A DNA stretch of 33,898 nt from an uncultured Pirellulales bacterium (GTDB taxonomy: Bacteria; Planctomycetota; Phycisphaerae; Sedimentisphaerales; Anaerobacaceae), in contig CAYNTC010000001.1 of the NCBI GenBank assembly GCA_964399795.1, positions 1 to 33,898 on the forward strand, in the 5' to 3' direction. Positions 1-10,390 of this stretch are shown here, piece by piece. The notes beneath the pieces are model-generated. The model did not search any database. It was given only the letters and a program-made list of their open reading frames with translations, and was not told the DNA's origin. Position 1 is the stretch's first letter. Each line of letters begins with the position of its first letter. A program made the translations under genes and the position numbers.

Positions 1-3000
1 TGATTCCGGAGGCCTTTGGGCCCAAATATCATATCAGCACCGACAAGCGAGCGTTTTACGAATACCATTCTGCGATAATGGAGCCGTGGGATGGCCCGGC
101 GGCAATGGTATTTAGCGATGGCAGGTTATTGGGAGGGATGCTCGACCGAAATGGATTACGACCTTGCCGGTACCTGGTGACTACCGACGGCCTGGCAATT
201 ATTGCCAGCGAGACGGGAGTTGTGGAATTTCCGCCTGAGAAGATACGTACCAAAGGACGTTTGCGGCCTGGCCGAATGTTCCTCGTCGATACTATCGAAG
301 GGCGGATAATTTCTGATAATGAAATAAAAAGTAAAATTGCCCGGCAAAGACCTTATCGGCGATGGCTGGATGAGAACAGAATTGAGCTTCGTGGTTTGTT
401 CGATACGCCCAAACTCGTCAAGAGCGACCCGCGGACGATAGCCCAGAGGATGAGAGCATTCGGGTACACACGGGAAGAACTAAAGATGATACTGACGCCC
501 ATGGCGGTCAACGGCCAAGAGCCAGTGGGATCGATGGGTAATGATACGCCGCTGGCAGTACTGTCGGATAAGCCAAAGCTTCTATTCGATTATTTCAAAC
601 AGCTTTTTGCCCAGGTGACAAATCCGGCGATAGATCCGCTTCGCGAGGGCTTAGTTATGAGCCTGATGGTCTTTACGGGCAGGAAGCAAAACATCCTGGA
701 TGAAAGTCCTCGGCACTGTCGGCAGCTTAAGTTGCCGCATCCGATTTTGACCAACGAAGATATCGAGCGGCTTCGTGCGGTCAGCAGAGATGATTTCAAG
801 GTCGCTACCATTTCTGCGTTATTCGATGCCGACGCAGAAAAGCCAGCAGAAGCTTTGCGTCGTGGTCTCGATTCGCTAATCGACTCGGCTGAGAAGGCTA
901 TTAAAGATGGAGCGTCGCTACTTATCATAAGCGACCGTAACATTTCGCAGACAAAGGCACCGATTCCATCACTGCTGGCTACGGCGGCAGTTCATCATGG
1001 AATGCTTAATCGAGGACTTCGTAACGAAGCAGGCTTGATCGTCGAGAGCGGCGAGCCGAGAGAGATTATGCACTTTTGCCTTCTGTGCGGATATGGTGCT
1101 AACGCTATCAATCCGTATCTTGCGTTTGAGTCGCTCGATGAGTTGTATCGGCAGGGAGAACTGCCTGCCGATGTGGAGCCGATCCAGATAGCGGACAATT
1201 ATATCGCGGCAATCAAAAAGGGTATTCTCAAAACCATGAGCAAGATGGGTATTTCGACACTTCGCAGCTATACCGGTGCGCAGCTTTTTGAGGCGATAGG
1301 TCTTAACCTCGCTATTGTAGATGAGTATTTCACCGGTACCAGCTCACGTATCGGTGGTATTGGTCTTTCTGAAATTGCGCAAGAGGCTCTTGCCCGTCAT
1401 ATATCAGGTTTTCAGCAGCGCCCTTCTGGGGCGCTACAGTTAGATTTTGGCGGTGAGTATCATTTTCGTCATTCGGGTCAGCGACATCTATGGAACCCGA
1501 CGACAGTCTCGCGATTGCAACACGCGGTGCAGAACAATGATGCCGAGGCTTACTCTGATTATGCCAAGGCTGTGAATGAGCAGGCAAAAACGCTGTGCAC
1601 TTTACGTGGCCTGTTTGAGTTCATTTCAGGAGAAGCTGTTGATATAGAAGAGGTCGAGCCAGCCAGTGAAATTGTCAAAAGATTCTGTACCGGCGCTATG
1701 AGCCATGGCTCTATCAGCAAGGAAGCTCACGAGTGCATCGCTATCGCCATGAATCGGTTGGATGCAATGAGCAATACCGGCGAGGGCGGCGAAGACCCAG
1801 AGCGGTATACCAAGGAGGCGAATAGCGACTCCAAAAATTGTGCTATTAAACAAGTTGCAAGCGCGAGGTTCGGTGTCACGTTAAATTATTTGGCTCATGC
1901 CCATCAGCTACAGATAAAGATAGCTCAGGGCGCCAAGCCGGGTGAGGGCGGACAATTGCCTGGGCACAAGGTGACAGAAGAAATTGCCAAGCTTCGTTAT
2001 TCGACGCCAGGCGTCACATTAATATCTCCGCCACCTCATCATGATATATACTCGATCGAGGACCTGGCTCAGCTTATATACGACCTCAAATGCAGTAATC
2101 CAGGTGTGACGGTATCGGTCAAGCTCGTTGCGGAAGTCGGCGTCGGTACTGTTGCTGCGGGCGTGGCAAAAGGCAACGCCGATGAGGTTCTTATCAGTGG
2201 ACACGATGGCGGTACAGGCGCAAGCCCGCTGTCGTCGATCAAGCACACAGGTTGTCCGTGGGAACTGGGATTAGCTGAAACTCAACAGGTACTTTTTATG
2301 AACAATCTGCGCGACCGTATCCGGGTACAGGTGGACGGCCAATTAAAAACGGGCAGGGATGTTGTCGTAGGCACTTTATTAGGCGCGGAAAGGTTTGGTT
2401 TCGGTACCGCAGCTCTTGTGACGCTGGGTTGTACATTACTGCGCAAGTGTCACGAAGGGGCTTGTCCTTTTGGGATCGGAACACAGGATCCGGAACTTAG
2501 AAGACGCTTTGCCGGCAAGCCGGAATATCTGCAGAGGTTTATGTACTTTGTAGCTGAAGAAGTTCGTCAGCTTATGGCAAAGCTTGGCTTTAGAAAATTC
2601 GAGGATATGGTGGGCAGGGCCGATAAGTTACAGACGAATCGGGCAATTGACAACTACAAGGCAAAAAGACTGGATTTTTCTGCCATATTCTGTCAGCCGG
2701 ATGTATCCGATGGTAGAGCCGTCAGGTGCGTTAAGGCTCAACCGAATAAATTAGAAGATCATATTGACTGGGAGATTCTAAAACAGGCTCAGCCTGCGCT
2801 CGAAAGAAAAGAAAAAACTGTAATTGAGATGCCGATTCACAACACCAACCGGACCATCGGCGCAATTCTTAGCAACCGCATAGTCTCGAAGTATGGCCCA
2901 GCAGGTCTGCCCGAAGGAACGCTGGAGATTGTCCTTCATGGCTCAGCGGGGCAGAGCTTTGGTGCGTTCCTTGCGCCTGGCGTGACGCTCAGGCTCATCG

Positions 3001-3599
3001 GTGGCAGCAACGACTATTTAGGCAAAGGGCTATCCGGAGGCAGAATAGTTGTCTCTGTACCGGAAGGGTCACCATTTATGGCTCACGAGAATATCATTGT
3101 GGGTAATACCCTACTCTATGGCGCTACCAGTGGCGAGGTGTTTATCAATGGTGTTGCCGGTGAGCGGTTTGCGGTTCGTAACAGCGGTGCCATAGCAGTT
3201 GTTGAAGGTGTGGGCGACCATGGGTGTGAATATATGACAGGCGGAACGGTTGTTGTTCTTGGCAAGACCGGCTGCAATTTTGCTGCCGGCATGAGTGGCG
3301 GCATAGCGTATGTCCTGGATGAGATGCAGCTATTCGACACGATGTGCAATCTCGACATGGTTGAGTTGGAAAGCGTCTGGCAAGAACATGACAAACAACT
3401 ATTACGTGATTTGATTAGCCAGCACCTGAAGTGGACAGCAAGTACACGTGCAAAGTACATCTTAGATGCCTGGCCGGATATGATAGGCAAGTTTGTAAAG
3501 GTTGTCCCGATAGACTATCGCAAGGCCTTGCAGAAGATGCGAGCGGCTGAGCAGCGTGATACGGAAACTACGCCTGCAACAGAAGAGGTCTTTAGCTAA
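1..3599 (+). CDS. gltB: Glutamate synthase (NADPH) large subunit, 5'-truncated at the window edge
   Basis: The frame is open from nt 3 (IPEAFGPKYHISTDKRAFYEYHSAI precedes the track's MEPWDGPA), so the track's ATG at 78 is internal. Hallmark GOGAT motifs are present: MEPWDGPA, GEGGEDPERY, KIAQGAKPGEGGQLPG, ISPPPHHDIYSIEDLAQLI, and the C-terminal GXGXG domain (HGSAGQSFGAF, GDHGCEYMTGG). The amidotransferase N-terminus lies upstream of the window. Confidence 0.95.
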   Translation, partial: IPEAFGPKYHISTDKRAFYEYHSAIMEPWDGPAAMVFSDGRLLGGMLDRNGLRPCRYLVTTDGLAIIASETGVVEFPPEKIRTKGRLRPGRMFLVDTIEGRIISDNEIKSKIARQRPYRRWLDENRIELRGLFDTPKLVKSDPRTIAQRMRAFGYTREELKMILTPMAVNGQEPVGSMGNDTPLAVLSDKPKLLFDYFKQLFAQVTNPAIDPLREGLVMSLMVFTGRKQNILDESPRHCRQLKLPHPILTNEDIERLRAVSRDDFKVATISALFDADAEKPAEALRRGLDSLIDSAEKAIKDGASLLIISDRNISQTKAPIPSLLATAAVHHGMLNRGLRNEAGLIVESGEPREIMHFCLLCGYGANAINPYLAFESLDELYRQGELPADVEPIQIADNYIAAIKKGILKTMSKMGISTLRSYTGAQLFEAIGLNLAIVDEYFTGTSSRIGGIGLSEIAQEALARHISGFQQRPSGALQLDFGGEYHFRHSGQRHLWNPTTVSRLQHAVQNNDAEAYSDYAKAVNEQAKTLCTLRGLFEFISGEAVDIEEVEPASEIVKRFCTGAMSHGSISKEAHECIAIAMNRLDAMSNTGEGGEDPERYTKEANSDSKNCAIKQVASARFGVTLNYLAHAHQLQIKIAQGAKPGEGGQLPGHKVTEEIAKLRYSTPGVTLISPPPHHDIYSIEDLAQLIYDLKCSNPGVTVSVKLVAEVGVGTVAAGVAKGNADEVLISGHDGGTGASPLSSIKHTGCPWELGLAETQQVLFMNNLRDRIRVQVDGQLKTGRDVVVGTLLGAERFGFGTAALVTLGCTLLRKCHEGACPFGIGTQDPELRRRFAGKPEYLQRFMYFVAEEVRQLMAKLGFRKFEDMVGRADKLQTNRAIDNYKAKRLDFSAIFCQPDVSDGRAVRCVKAQPNKLEDHIDWEILKQAQPALERKEKTVIEMPIHNTNRTIGAILSNRIVSKYGPAGLPEGTLEIVLHGSAGQSFGAFLAPGVTLRLIGGSNDYLGKGLSGGRIVVSVPEGSPFMAHENIIVGNTLLYGATSGEVFINGVAGERFAVRNSGAIAVVEGVGDHGCEYMTGGTVVVLGKTGCNFAAGMSGGIAYVLDEMQLFDTMCNLDMVELESVWQEHDKQLLRDLISQHLKWTASTRAKYILDAWPDMIGKFVKVVPIDYRKALQKMRAAEQRDTETTPATEEVFS

Positions 3600-3660
3600 T
3601 ACTCGATTCTGGATGCTCGATACTTGATGAGCATCGAGAAACGAGGAACGAGATTCGAAA

Positions 3661-5079
3661 ATGGGCGAAGTGAAAGGTTTTATAAAATATAAACGTCGGG
3701 ACGTCGAACATCGGCAGGTCGAAAAGCGCATACACGATTTCAATGAGTTTGATTTGCCATTAACACCTGATGCAATCCGTCAGCAGGCGGCTCGCTGTAT
3801 GGATTGTGGAATTCCGTTTTGTCATGGCGTCGGCTGCCCATTGAATAATGTAATACCCGACATTAATGACCTGATTTATAAAGGCCGATGGGAGCAAGCC
3901 TGCCAGATGCTCCATGCGACTAACAATTTCCCCGAAATTACGGGTCGTGTCTGCCCAGCACCGTGCGAATCGGCGTGTACGCTTTCGATCAATGATGAAC
4001 CTGTTCTGATCAAGCACATAGAATATCAGATAGTCGAACGCGGGTTTGAGCATGGCTGGATTAAGCCAATGCCTGCACCTGAGAAAACGGGCAAGCGAAT
4101 TGCAGTGATAGGTTCCGGTCCCGCGGGCCTTGCGGCTGCTCAGCAACTGGCAAGGGTGGGGCACGATGTTGTTATCTTCGAAAAAGATGAGCGAGTAGGG
4201 GGCATGCTGCGGTATGGCATTCCCGATTTCAAACTTGAAAAACGGATTATTGGCCGCCGGCTCGACCAGCTTGCGGCTGAGGGTGTTGAATTCGAGACTG
4301 GTGTTGAGGTTGGAGAGGATATCTCAGCCCGATATTTGCACAAGATGTTTGACTGCGTATGTCTGGCGATGGGGGCGCGACAGCCTCGGGACCTCGCTGT
4401 GACAGGCAGAGGATATGAGAACATCCTATTTGCGATGGATTATCTGACAGCTCAAAACAAGCTGTGCTCGGATGAGCCAATCGAGCAGACAAAAGTTGTT
4501 ACGGCGAAGGATAAAGTGGTGGCTGTTATAGGTGGCGGTGATACGGGCAGCGACTGCGTCGGTACTGCTCGACGACAGGGTGCTAAGAAAATATATCAGT
4601 TTGAGATTCTGCCAAAGCCGCCAGAAAATCGCTCACCGGATACACCATGGCCCATGTGGCCACGAGTTATGCGAACATCTACATCTGTCGAGGAAGGCTG
4701 TGAGCGGCGATGGAGCATTATGACAAAGAAATTTTCCGGTTATGAAACCAGAGTCGGACGACTACATGCTTGCGAGGTCGAGTGGATTGAAAAAAATGGC
4801 GGCTGGAAAATAAAGGAACTACCTGGCACAAATTTCGTCCTTGATGTTGATCTTGTTATTTTAGCTCTGGGATTTCTGCACGTTGAGCACGAAGGTCTGG
4901 TCGGAGACCTTGGTTTGCAGCTTGACGAGAAAGGCAGTGTGACTGTTAACGAATGCCAGACAAGCGTGCCTTGGGTATTTGCCGCGGGCGACACTGTCAG
5001 TGGGGCTTCATGGGTTGCAACTGCGATTAACAGTGGTCGTGGAGCAGCAGCGGCTATCGATAAGTGGTTGCGTCATTAA
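3661..5079 (+). CDS. gltD: Glutamate synthase (NADPH) small subunit
   Basis: The start MGEVKGFIKYKRR is typical. There is an N-terminal Cys cluster (CMDCGIPFCH, CPLNN, RVCPAPCESAC) and dinucleotide folds IAVIGSGPAGLAAAQQL and VIGGGDTGSDC. It sits 61 nt downstream of gltB. Confidence 0.93.
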   Translation: MGEVKGFIKYKRRDVEHRQVEKRIHDFNEFDLPLTPDAIRQQAARCMDCGIPFCHGVGCPLNNVIPDINDLIYKGRWEQACQMLHATNNFPEITGRVCPAPCESACTLSINDEPVLIKHIEYQIVERGFEHGWIKPMPAPEKTGKRIAVIGSGPAGLAAAQQLARVGHDVVIFEKDERVGGMLRYGIPDFKLEKRIIGRRLDQLAAEGVEFETGVEVGEDISARYLHKMFDCVCLAMGARQPRDLAVTGRGYENILFAMDYLTAQNKLCSDEPIEQTKVVTAKDKVVAVIGGGDTGSDCVGTARRQGAKKIYQFEILPKPPENRSPDTPWPMWPRVMRTSTSVEEGCERRWSIMTKKFSGYETRVGRLHACEVEWIEKNGGWKIKELPGTNFVLDVDLVILALGFLHVEHEGLVGDLGLQLDEKGSVTVNECQTSVPWVFAAGDTVSGASWVATAINSGRGAAAAIDKWLRH

Positions 5080-5131
5080 CTAAAGTCATGTTTCTCTGCG
5101 AATTAAAAGGGCGGTAGAGCGCGAAATAATA

Positions 5132-8100
5132 ATGCCGAAGCGAAAAGACATCCATAAAATACTGATAATAGGTTCGGGCCCTATCGTCATAGGCCAGGGC
5201 TGTGAATTCGACTATTCCGGCACTCAAGCCTGCAAAGTCCTCAGGAAGCAAGGCTATAAAGTAGTGCTGGTCAATAGCAACCCTGCAACGATAATGACCG
5301 ACCCGGAGATGGCTGACAGAACCTATATTGAACCAATCACACCAGAGGTTGTCGAGAAGGTAATCCGAAAGGAAAAGCCCGATAGCCTTTTGCCAACGCT
5401 GGGAGGACAGACGGGCTTGAATACTGCGGTGGCACTGGCTGAGAGTGGGGTCTTAAAAAAATATAAAGTCAAGCTGCTTGGTGCCAACTTGCGGTCGATC
5501 AAAAAAGCTGAAGAGAGAGATAAATTCAAGAGCACGATTGAAAAGATAGGTTTGCAGGTACCCAAGAGTGGCTATGCCCACTGCTGGGAAGAGGCACAAA
5601 GAATTATCGAACACATAGGATTTCCAGCTATCATCCGGCCATCATATACGTTGGGCGGAACCGGTGGAAATGTAGCTTATAACACAGAAGAATTTGAAAA
5701 ATATATCAATTGGGGTCTAAGCCTCAGTCCAAAGAATGAGGTTCTTATCGAAGAGTCTGTCATCGGCTGGAAGGAATATGAACTCGAAGTAATGAGAGAC
5801 AGAAAAGATAACGTGGTAATCGTATGCTCTATAGAGAACCTTGATCCGATGGGAATCCACACAGGCGATAGTATTACGGTTGCTCCGGCTCAGACGCTTA
5901 CCGACAAGGAATATCAGATAATGCGTGATGCTGCGATCAAGATTATAAGGGCAATTGGTGTGGAAACCGGCGGTTCTAACATACAATTTGCGGTCAATCC
6001 TCACAATGGCAAGCTCTACGTTATCGAGATGAATCCTCGCGTTTCACGAAGCTCGGCACTTGCCTCGAAGGCGACCGGTTTTCCAATTGCAAAGATTGCT
6101 TCGCTGCTTGCCGTAGGTTATACGCTGGATGAGATACCTAACGATATCACAAAGAAAACGCCAGCCTGCTTTGAGCCGACAATCGACTATTGTGTCGTAA
6201 AATGGCCGCGTTTTACGTTCGAGAAATTTCCACAGACCAGCGCCGAACTTACGGTGCAAATGAAATCGGTCGGAGAAGCGATGGCTATCGGCCGAACATT
6301 CAAAGAGGCACTGCAAAAAGCAATAAGGTCTTTGGAGATCGACCGCTATTCGCTCGATGGCAGGTATATTCAGAACGGGCTTTCACTACGAAAGCTTAAA
6401 GAAAAACTCCGAACGAACTGTTGGGATAAACTATGGTATGTTGCTGAGGCGCTGCGAAGGAAGGTGCCGGTCAAGGATATTCACGAACTGACCAGGATCG
6501 ATCCCTGGTTTCTCAATAATATAAAAGACATTATCAAGCTCGAACAGAAGGTAAGCTCTCAAAAGCCTTTAGATATGAGCCATGATCTGATGCTAAGGGC
6601 TAAGGAGAACGGTTTTAGCGACGAGTATTTGGCGTCTTTGTCAAAGGTGTCGGAGCAAAAGCTCCGTGAGCGTAGGCAGAATCTTGGCATAAACGCCGTG
6701 TATAAGATGGTTGATACATGCGGCGCCGAATTTGAAGCGAGTACGCCGTATCTTTATTCAACTTTTGAGCGGGACTGCGAGGCGAATCCAAGCAGTCGCA
6801 GAAAGGTCGTTATTCTCGGTGGCGGGCCTAACCGCATCGGCCAGGGAATCGAATTTGATTATTGTTGTGTGCACGCTGCTTTTGCTCTGCGCCAGATCGG
6901 TATCGAGTCGATAATGGTCAATTGTAATCCGGAGACGGTGAGTACGGACTATGATACCTCCGACAGGCTTTATTTTGAGCCGCTTACTTTCGAGGATGTT
7001 ATCTCTATCGTGCAAAAAGAAAATCCTGATGGTGTCATCGTGCAGTTTGGCGGACAGACGCCGCTGAAACTGGCGGTGCCGCTGGAAAAAGCTGGAGTAA
7101 AAATAATCGGTACTTCGCCCGACAGCATCGATCGGGCAGAGAATCGCGAGCGTTTCAACAAGCTGGTTAAAAAGCTGGGACTTCGCCAACCAGAAAGTGG
7201 TACGGCAACTACGTACTCTGAAACGGTCAGAATTGCCAGCAGACTTGGGTATCCTTTGCTAATTCGTCCTTCCTTTGTGCTGGGCGGCAGGGCAATGGAA
7301 ATTGTTTATGATGAGCAATCTCTGAAAGCGTGTGTCAGCAATGCGATCGCAGCTTCGGGAGAACACCCGGTATTGATTGATAAATTTCTGGATGATGCTA
7401 CGGAGCTTGATGTTGATGCTATAAGTGACGGCAAGAAAGTTGTTATCGGCGGGATTATGGAGCACATCGAAGAAGCCGGCGTCCACTCAGGAGACAGCGC
7501 ATGTTCCCTGCCGCCTGTCTCTATAAGCAAAAAGACGTTGGCAGAGATTAAAAAACAAACGAAATTGTTGGCGCTCGAATTGAATGTGAAAGGCCTGATA
7601 AATATACAGTACGCTGTTAAAGACGGTCAGGTTTATATCCTGGAAGTCAATCCACGTGCATCCCGAACAGTACCATTTGTTAGTAAAGCTATCGGAGTTC
7701 CTCTGGCTAAGCTGGCTGCGAAGGTAATGGCCGGCATGACGTTGGACGAATTGGATTTTACAAAAGAAGTTCAGCGGGATCTCTTTGCTGTTAAAGAGGC
7801 GGTATTTCCGTTCTTAAAATTCCCGGGCACGGATACGCTTCTTGGGCCGGAGATGCTCTCGACCGGTGAGGTCATGGGGATATCCGATGATTTTGGGACA
7901 GCTTTTGCTAAGTCTCAGATGGCTGCCGGTAATAGTTTGCCGACCACGGGTACTGTACTTTTTAGTGTCAAGGATGCCGATAAGCCGAAAGCCATCGAGC
8001 TTGCCCGCAAAATGCACGAGATGGGCTTTAAAATAGTCGCGACAAAGGGAAGCTGCATTGAATTTATCAAAAATAATATTCCTTCTGAATTTGCGCTAAA

Positions 8101-8341
8101 AATGACAGAGGGCAGACCCAATATCGTTGACTGGATAATAAACAGCAAGATCGATCTGATAATAAATACAACTATCGGCAAGCAATCAATCGTGGATTCT
8201 TTTTCAATAAGAAGAAACGCTATAGAAAGGCAGATACCATACGTGACGACAATAAGGGGCGCAGCCGCCGTGGTTAAAGCTATCGATGCAATAAGTCAGA
8301 GAAAAATTAGTGTGAAGCCTTTACAGTCATACTATCAGTAG
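5132..8341 (+). CDS. carB: Carbamoyl-phosphate synthase large subunit
   Basis: [30 protein letters not shown] is repeated in the second half as [21 protein letters not shown], the known internal duplication of ATP-grasp halves. Also present: [32 protein letters not shown] and a C-terminal MGS-like domain. Confidence 0.97.
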   Translation: MPKRKDIHKILIIGSGPIVIGQGCEFDYSGTQACKVLRKQGYKVVLVNSNPATIMTDPEMADRTYIEPITPEVVEKVIRKEKPDSLLPTLGGQTGLNTAVALAESGVLKKYKVKLLGANLRSIKKAEERDKFKSTIEKIGLQVPKSGYAHCWEEAQRIIEHIGFPAIIRPSYTLGGTGGNVAYNTEEFEKYINWGLSLSPKNEVLIEESVIGWKEYELEVMRDRKDNVVIVCSIENLDPMGIHTGDSITVAPAQTLTDKEYQIMRDAAIKIIRAIGVETGGSNIQFAVNPHNGKLYVIEMNPRVSRSSALASKATGFPIAKIASLLAVGYTLDEIPNDITKKTPACFEPTIDYCVVKWPRFTFEKFPQTSAELTVQMKSVGEAMAIGRTFKEALQKAIRSLEIDRYSLDGRYIQNGLSLRKLKEKLRTNCWDKLWYVAEALRRKVPVKDIHELTRIDPWFLNNIKDIIKLEQKVSSQKPLDMSHDLMLRAKENGFSDEYLASLSKVSEQKLRERRQNLGINAVYKMVDTCGAEFEASTPYLYSTFERDCEANPSSRRKVVILGGGPNRIGQGIEFDYCCVHAAFALRQIGIESIMVNCNPETVSTDYDTSDRLYFEPLTFEDVISIVQKENPDGVIVQFGGQTPLKLAVPLEKAGVKIIGTSPDSIDRAENRERFNKLVKKLGLRQPESGTATTYSETVRIASRLGYPLLIRPSFVLGGRAMEIVYDEQSLKACVSNAIAASGEHPVLIDKFLDDATELDVDAISDGKKVVIGGIMEHIEEAGVHSGDSACSLPPVSISKKTLAEIKKQTKLLALELNVKGLINIQYAVKDGQVYILEVNPRASRTVPFVSKAIGVPLAKLAAKVMAGMTLDELDFTKEVQRDLFAVKEAVFPFLKFPGTDTLLGPEMLSTGEVMGISDDFGTAFAKSQMAAGNSLPTTGTVLFSVKDADKPKAIELARKMHEMGFKIVATKGSCIEFIKNNIPSEFALKMTEGRPNIVDWIINSKIDLIINTTIGKQSIVDSFSIRRNAIERQIPYVTTIRGAAAVVKAIDAISQRKISVKPLQSYYQ

Positions 8342-8355
8342 CGGAAATTGTAGAA

Positions 8356-9486
8356 ATGAAAGCTATTTTGTTATTGGAAGACGGTACTATATTTGAAGGC
8401 AGAGCTTTTGGTTCGAAGGGCCAGGAGTGTGGGGAAGTAGTATTTAACACCAGTATGACAGGCTATCAGGAAATATTAACCGATCCTTCATACCATGAGC
8501 AGATAATCACAATGACTTACCCTCTCATCGGCAACTACGGCACAAATCAGGAGGACGCCGAATCAGGAAGAATTTACGCAAAAGGCCTTGTTGTTAAGGA
8601 GAACTGCAATTACCCGAGCAGCTGGAGAGGCGGTCAGACGTTGGATGACTATCTAAAGAGAAACAATATGGTTGGCCTTGAGGGTATTGATACTCGAATG
8701 CTTGTACGCCATATTCGCATCAAGGGAGCGATGAGGGGGATAATCTCTTCAGCGGAATTAAATACAAAAAGACTTGCTGAGAAGCTAAGTGAATATCCCG
8801 GCCTTGTAGGGCGAGACATCGTAAGCAACGTGACGGTTGATAAACCTTATCCTTGGAAAGAAGGGTTGATTGACAGAATCGGCGACCTCGCCCAAAGGAG
8901 GCAAGATAAAAAGCCTGTCGCCAAATTCAAAGTTGTCGCTTTTGACTTTGGCATTAAGCGCAACATTCTCAGGCTCCTTTGTGCTCATGGCTGTGACGTA
9001 AGGGTGGTGCCTGCTCAAACATCTGCGAAGAAAGTGCTCTCCTATAAGCCTGACGGAGTGTTCCTTAGCAATGGTCCGGGTGACCCCGCGGCAGCTACCT
9101 ATGCGGTCGATACAGTAAAAACGCTTCTGGGCAAAGTACCTATATTCGGGATATGTCTCGGTCATCAGCTTCTGGCTCTTGCTTTGGGAGGAAAGACTTA
9201 TAAACTAAAGTTTGGCCATAGGGGCGCTAACCATCCGGTGAAGAACTTAAAAACCGGTAAAATCGAAATCACCTGCCAGAATCACGGTTTCTGTGTCGAT
9301 CTAAATTCTTTAAAAGACAAGGATGTTCAGCTTACGCACCTGAATCTGAATGATAATACGCTCGAGGGCATTCATTGCGAGAAGCTGTCTGCTTTTTCGG
9401 TTCAGTATCATCCCGAGGCGTCACCTGGCCCCCACGACTCAAACTATCTCTTTGAGACCTTCGTAGAGTTGATGGCTAAGCCTTAA
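8356..9486 (+). CDS. carA: Carbamoyl-phosphate synthase small (glutamine amidotransferase) subunit
   Basis: MKAILLLEDGTIFEG start, FNTSMTGYQEILTDPSY, catalytic-Cys motif GICLGHQLL, HRGANHPV, QYHPEASPGPHD. It lies 14 nt after carB. Confidence 0.96.
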   Translation: MKAILLLEDGTIFEGRAFGSKGQECGEVVFNTSMTGYQEILTDPSYHEQIITMTYPLIGNYGTNQEDAESGRIYAKGLVVKENCNYPSSWRGGQTLDDYLKRNNMVGLEGIDTRMLVRHIRIKGAMRGIISSAELNTKRLAEKLSEYPGLVGRDIVSNVTVDKPYPWKEGLIDRIGDLAQRRQDKKPVAKFKVVAFDFGIKRNILRLLCAHGCDVRVVPAQTSAKKVLSYKPDGVFLSNGPGDPAAATYAVDTVKTLLGKVPIFGICLGHQLLALALGGKTYKLKFGHRGANHPVKNLKTGKIEITCQNHGFCVDLNSLKDKDVQLTHLNLNDNTLEGIHCEKLSAFSVQYHPEASPGPHDSNYLFETFVELMAKP

Positions 9487-9528
9487 TAAGCCGGCACACA
9501 ACAAAGACCTTTTGTGCGTAACCTTTAT

Positions 9529-10361
9529 TCAGAATTGCTTTACCAAACAGACACCCATTATCTGAGTACCAATAGTTGGTGTAAAGGGTATTATATTAAA
9601 GCCTGCTACTTCGGGACTTTGGTATTTGCTTGCTATCGAATGGCCAACGACCCAGCCAAGAGTGGCACCGAAGACTATATCGCTTGCCCAGTGATCGCCG
9701 GTATCCATCATTCTATAAGCTACCAGCGAGGCCATAATGTAAGCTGGTATGCCGACTTTCGGCCCATAGAACTCATGCAGGACAGATGCAGCCGTGAAGG
9801 AACTTGATGTGTGTGCGCTTGGCCAGGCCCAGTTTTGGCCATTTGGAGAATCATTTTGCCTGATGGCTTTAAGGCCAAATGTCGCTGTTGAACTTACTGA
9901 AAGTGCGGTGAGCATTGTCCATGCTCGTTCTTTACTGAATTCGTTTTGACTCTCGGCGCTAAGTATCCCGAAGTACTTCGGGATTGTGAACCGATGATGT
10001 TGAGGCTTTCATCTTCAAAGCCATGTAGAGCTGGGTGCCTGCGGAAATAATCGGCGATATGGTCATCAGCGTCGCTATTGTGCATGATGATGCTGACGTG
10101 GCCAGCTAATAACAATGCTGCTATATTGTTGGTGTTAAGGAATGTATGTTCCGAGTCTTCAAGCAGCCTGTCCGGGCGATCAGCAAGGTCTTGCTGTGCA
10201 GATTCCAGCCAGAGAGCTTTTCTGGGTTGATCTTCTGCTGTTGCTAAGCTCGTTAATAAGATAAGGCATATGAAGAACCTGCTAAAGAATTTACTCAGAC
10301 CAAAAAGACATAAGATAGAGCTTGAGATTGTAAGTATTAACTCTGGTTTATGGTTTTGCAT
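9529..10361 (-). pseudogene. PAP2-family (acid phosphatase / lipid phosphatase-like) gene split by a -1 frameshift
   Basis: Two overlapping ORFs, 10361..9894 and 9915..9529. The first has a signal/TM-like N-terminus (ILCLFGLSKFFSRFFICLILLTSLATA). The second carries degenerate PAP2 motifs: KAIRQNDSP (for KxxxxxxRP), WPSAHTSSSF (for PSGH), and YRMMDTGDHWASD (for SRxxxxxHxxxD, one residue longer). My hand translation shows the second frame is open back to a stop at 10009..10011 (KPQHHRFTIPKYFGILSAESQNEFSKERAWT-M), so the frame switch must lie within 9897..10008. Confidence 0.55.
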
Positions 10362-10390
10362 TTTCCGGTTGCAGTTTTACACTTTATTGC

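Noticed and set aside
3612-3638. Two mutually exclusive hairpins in the gltB-gltD spacer: GATGCTC/GAGCATC and CTCGAT/ATCGAG.
   Set aside because: The stems are short and there is no U-tract, so this is not a terminator. It may be an intercistronic structure, but I have no evidence for a function.
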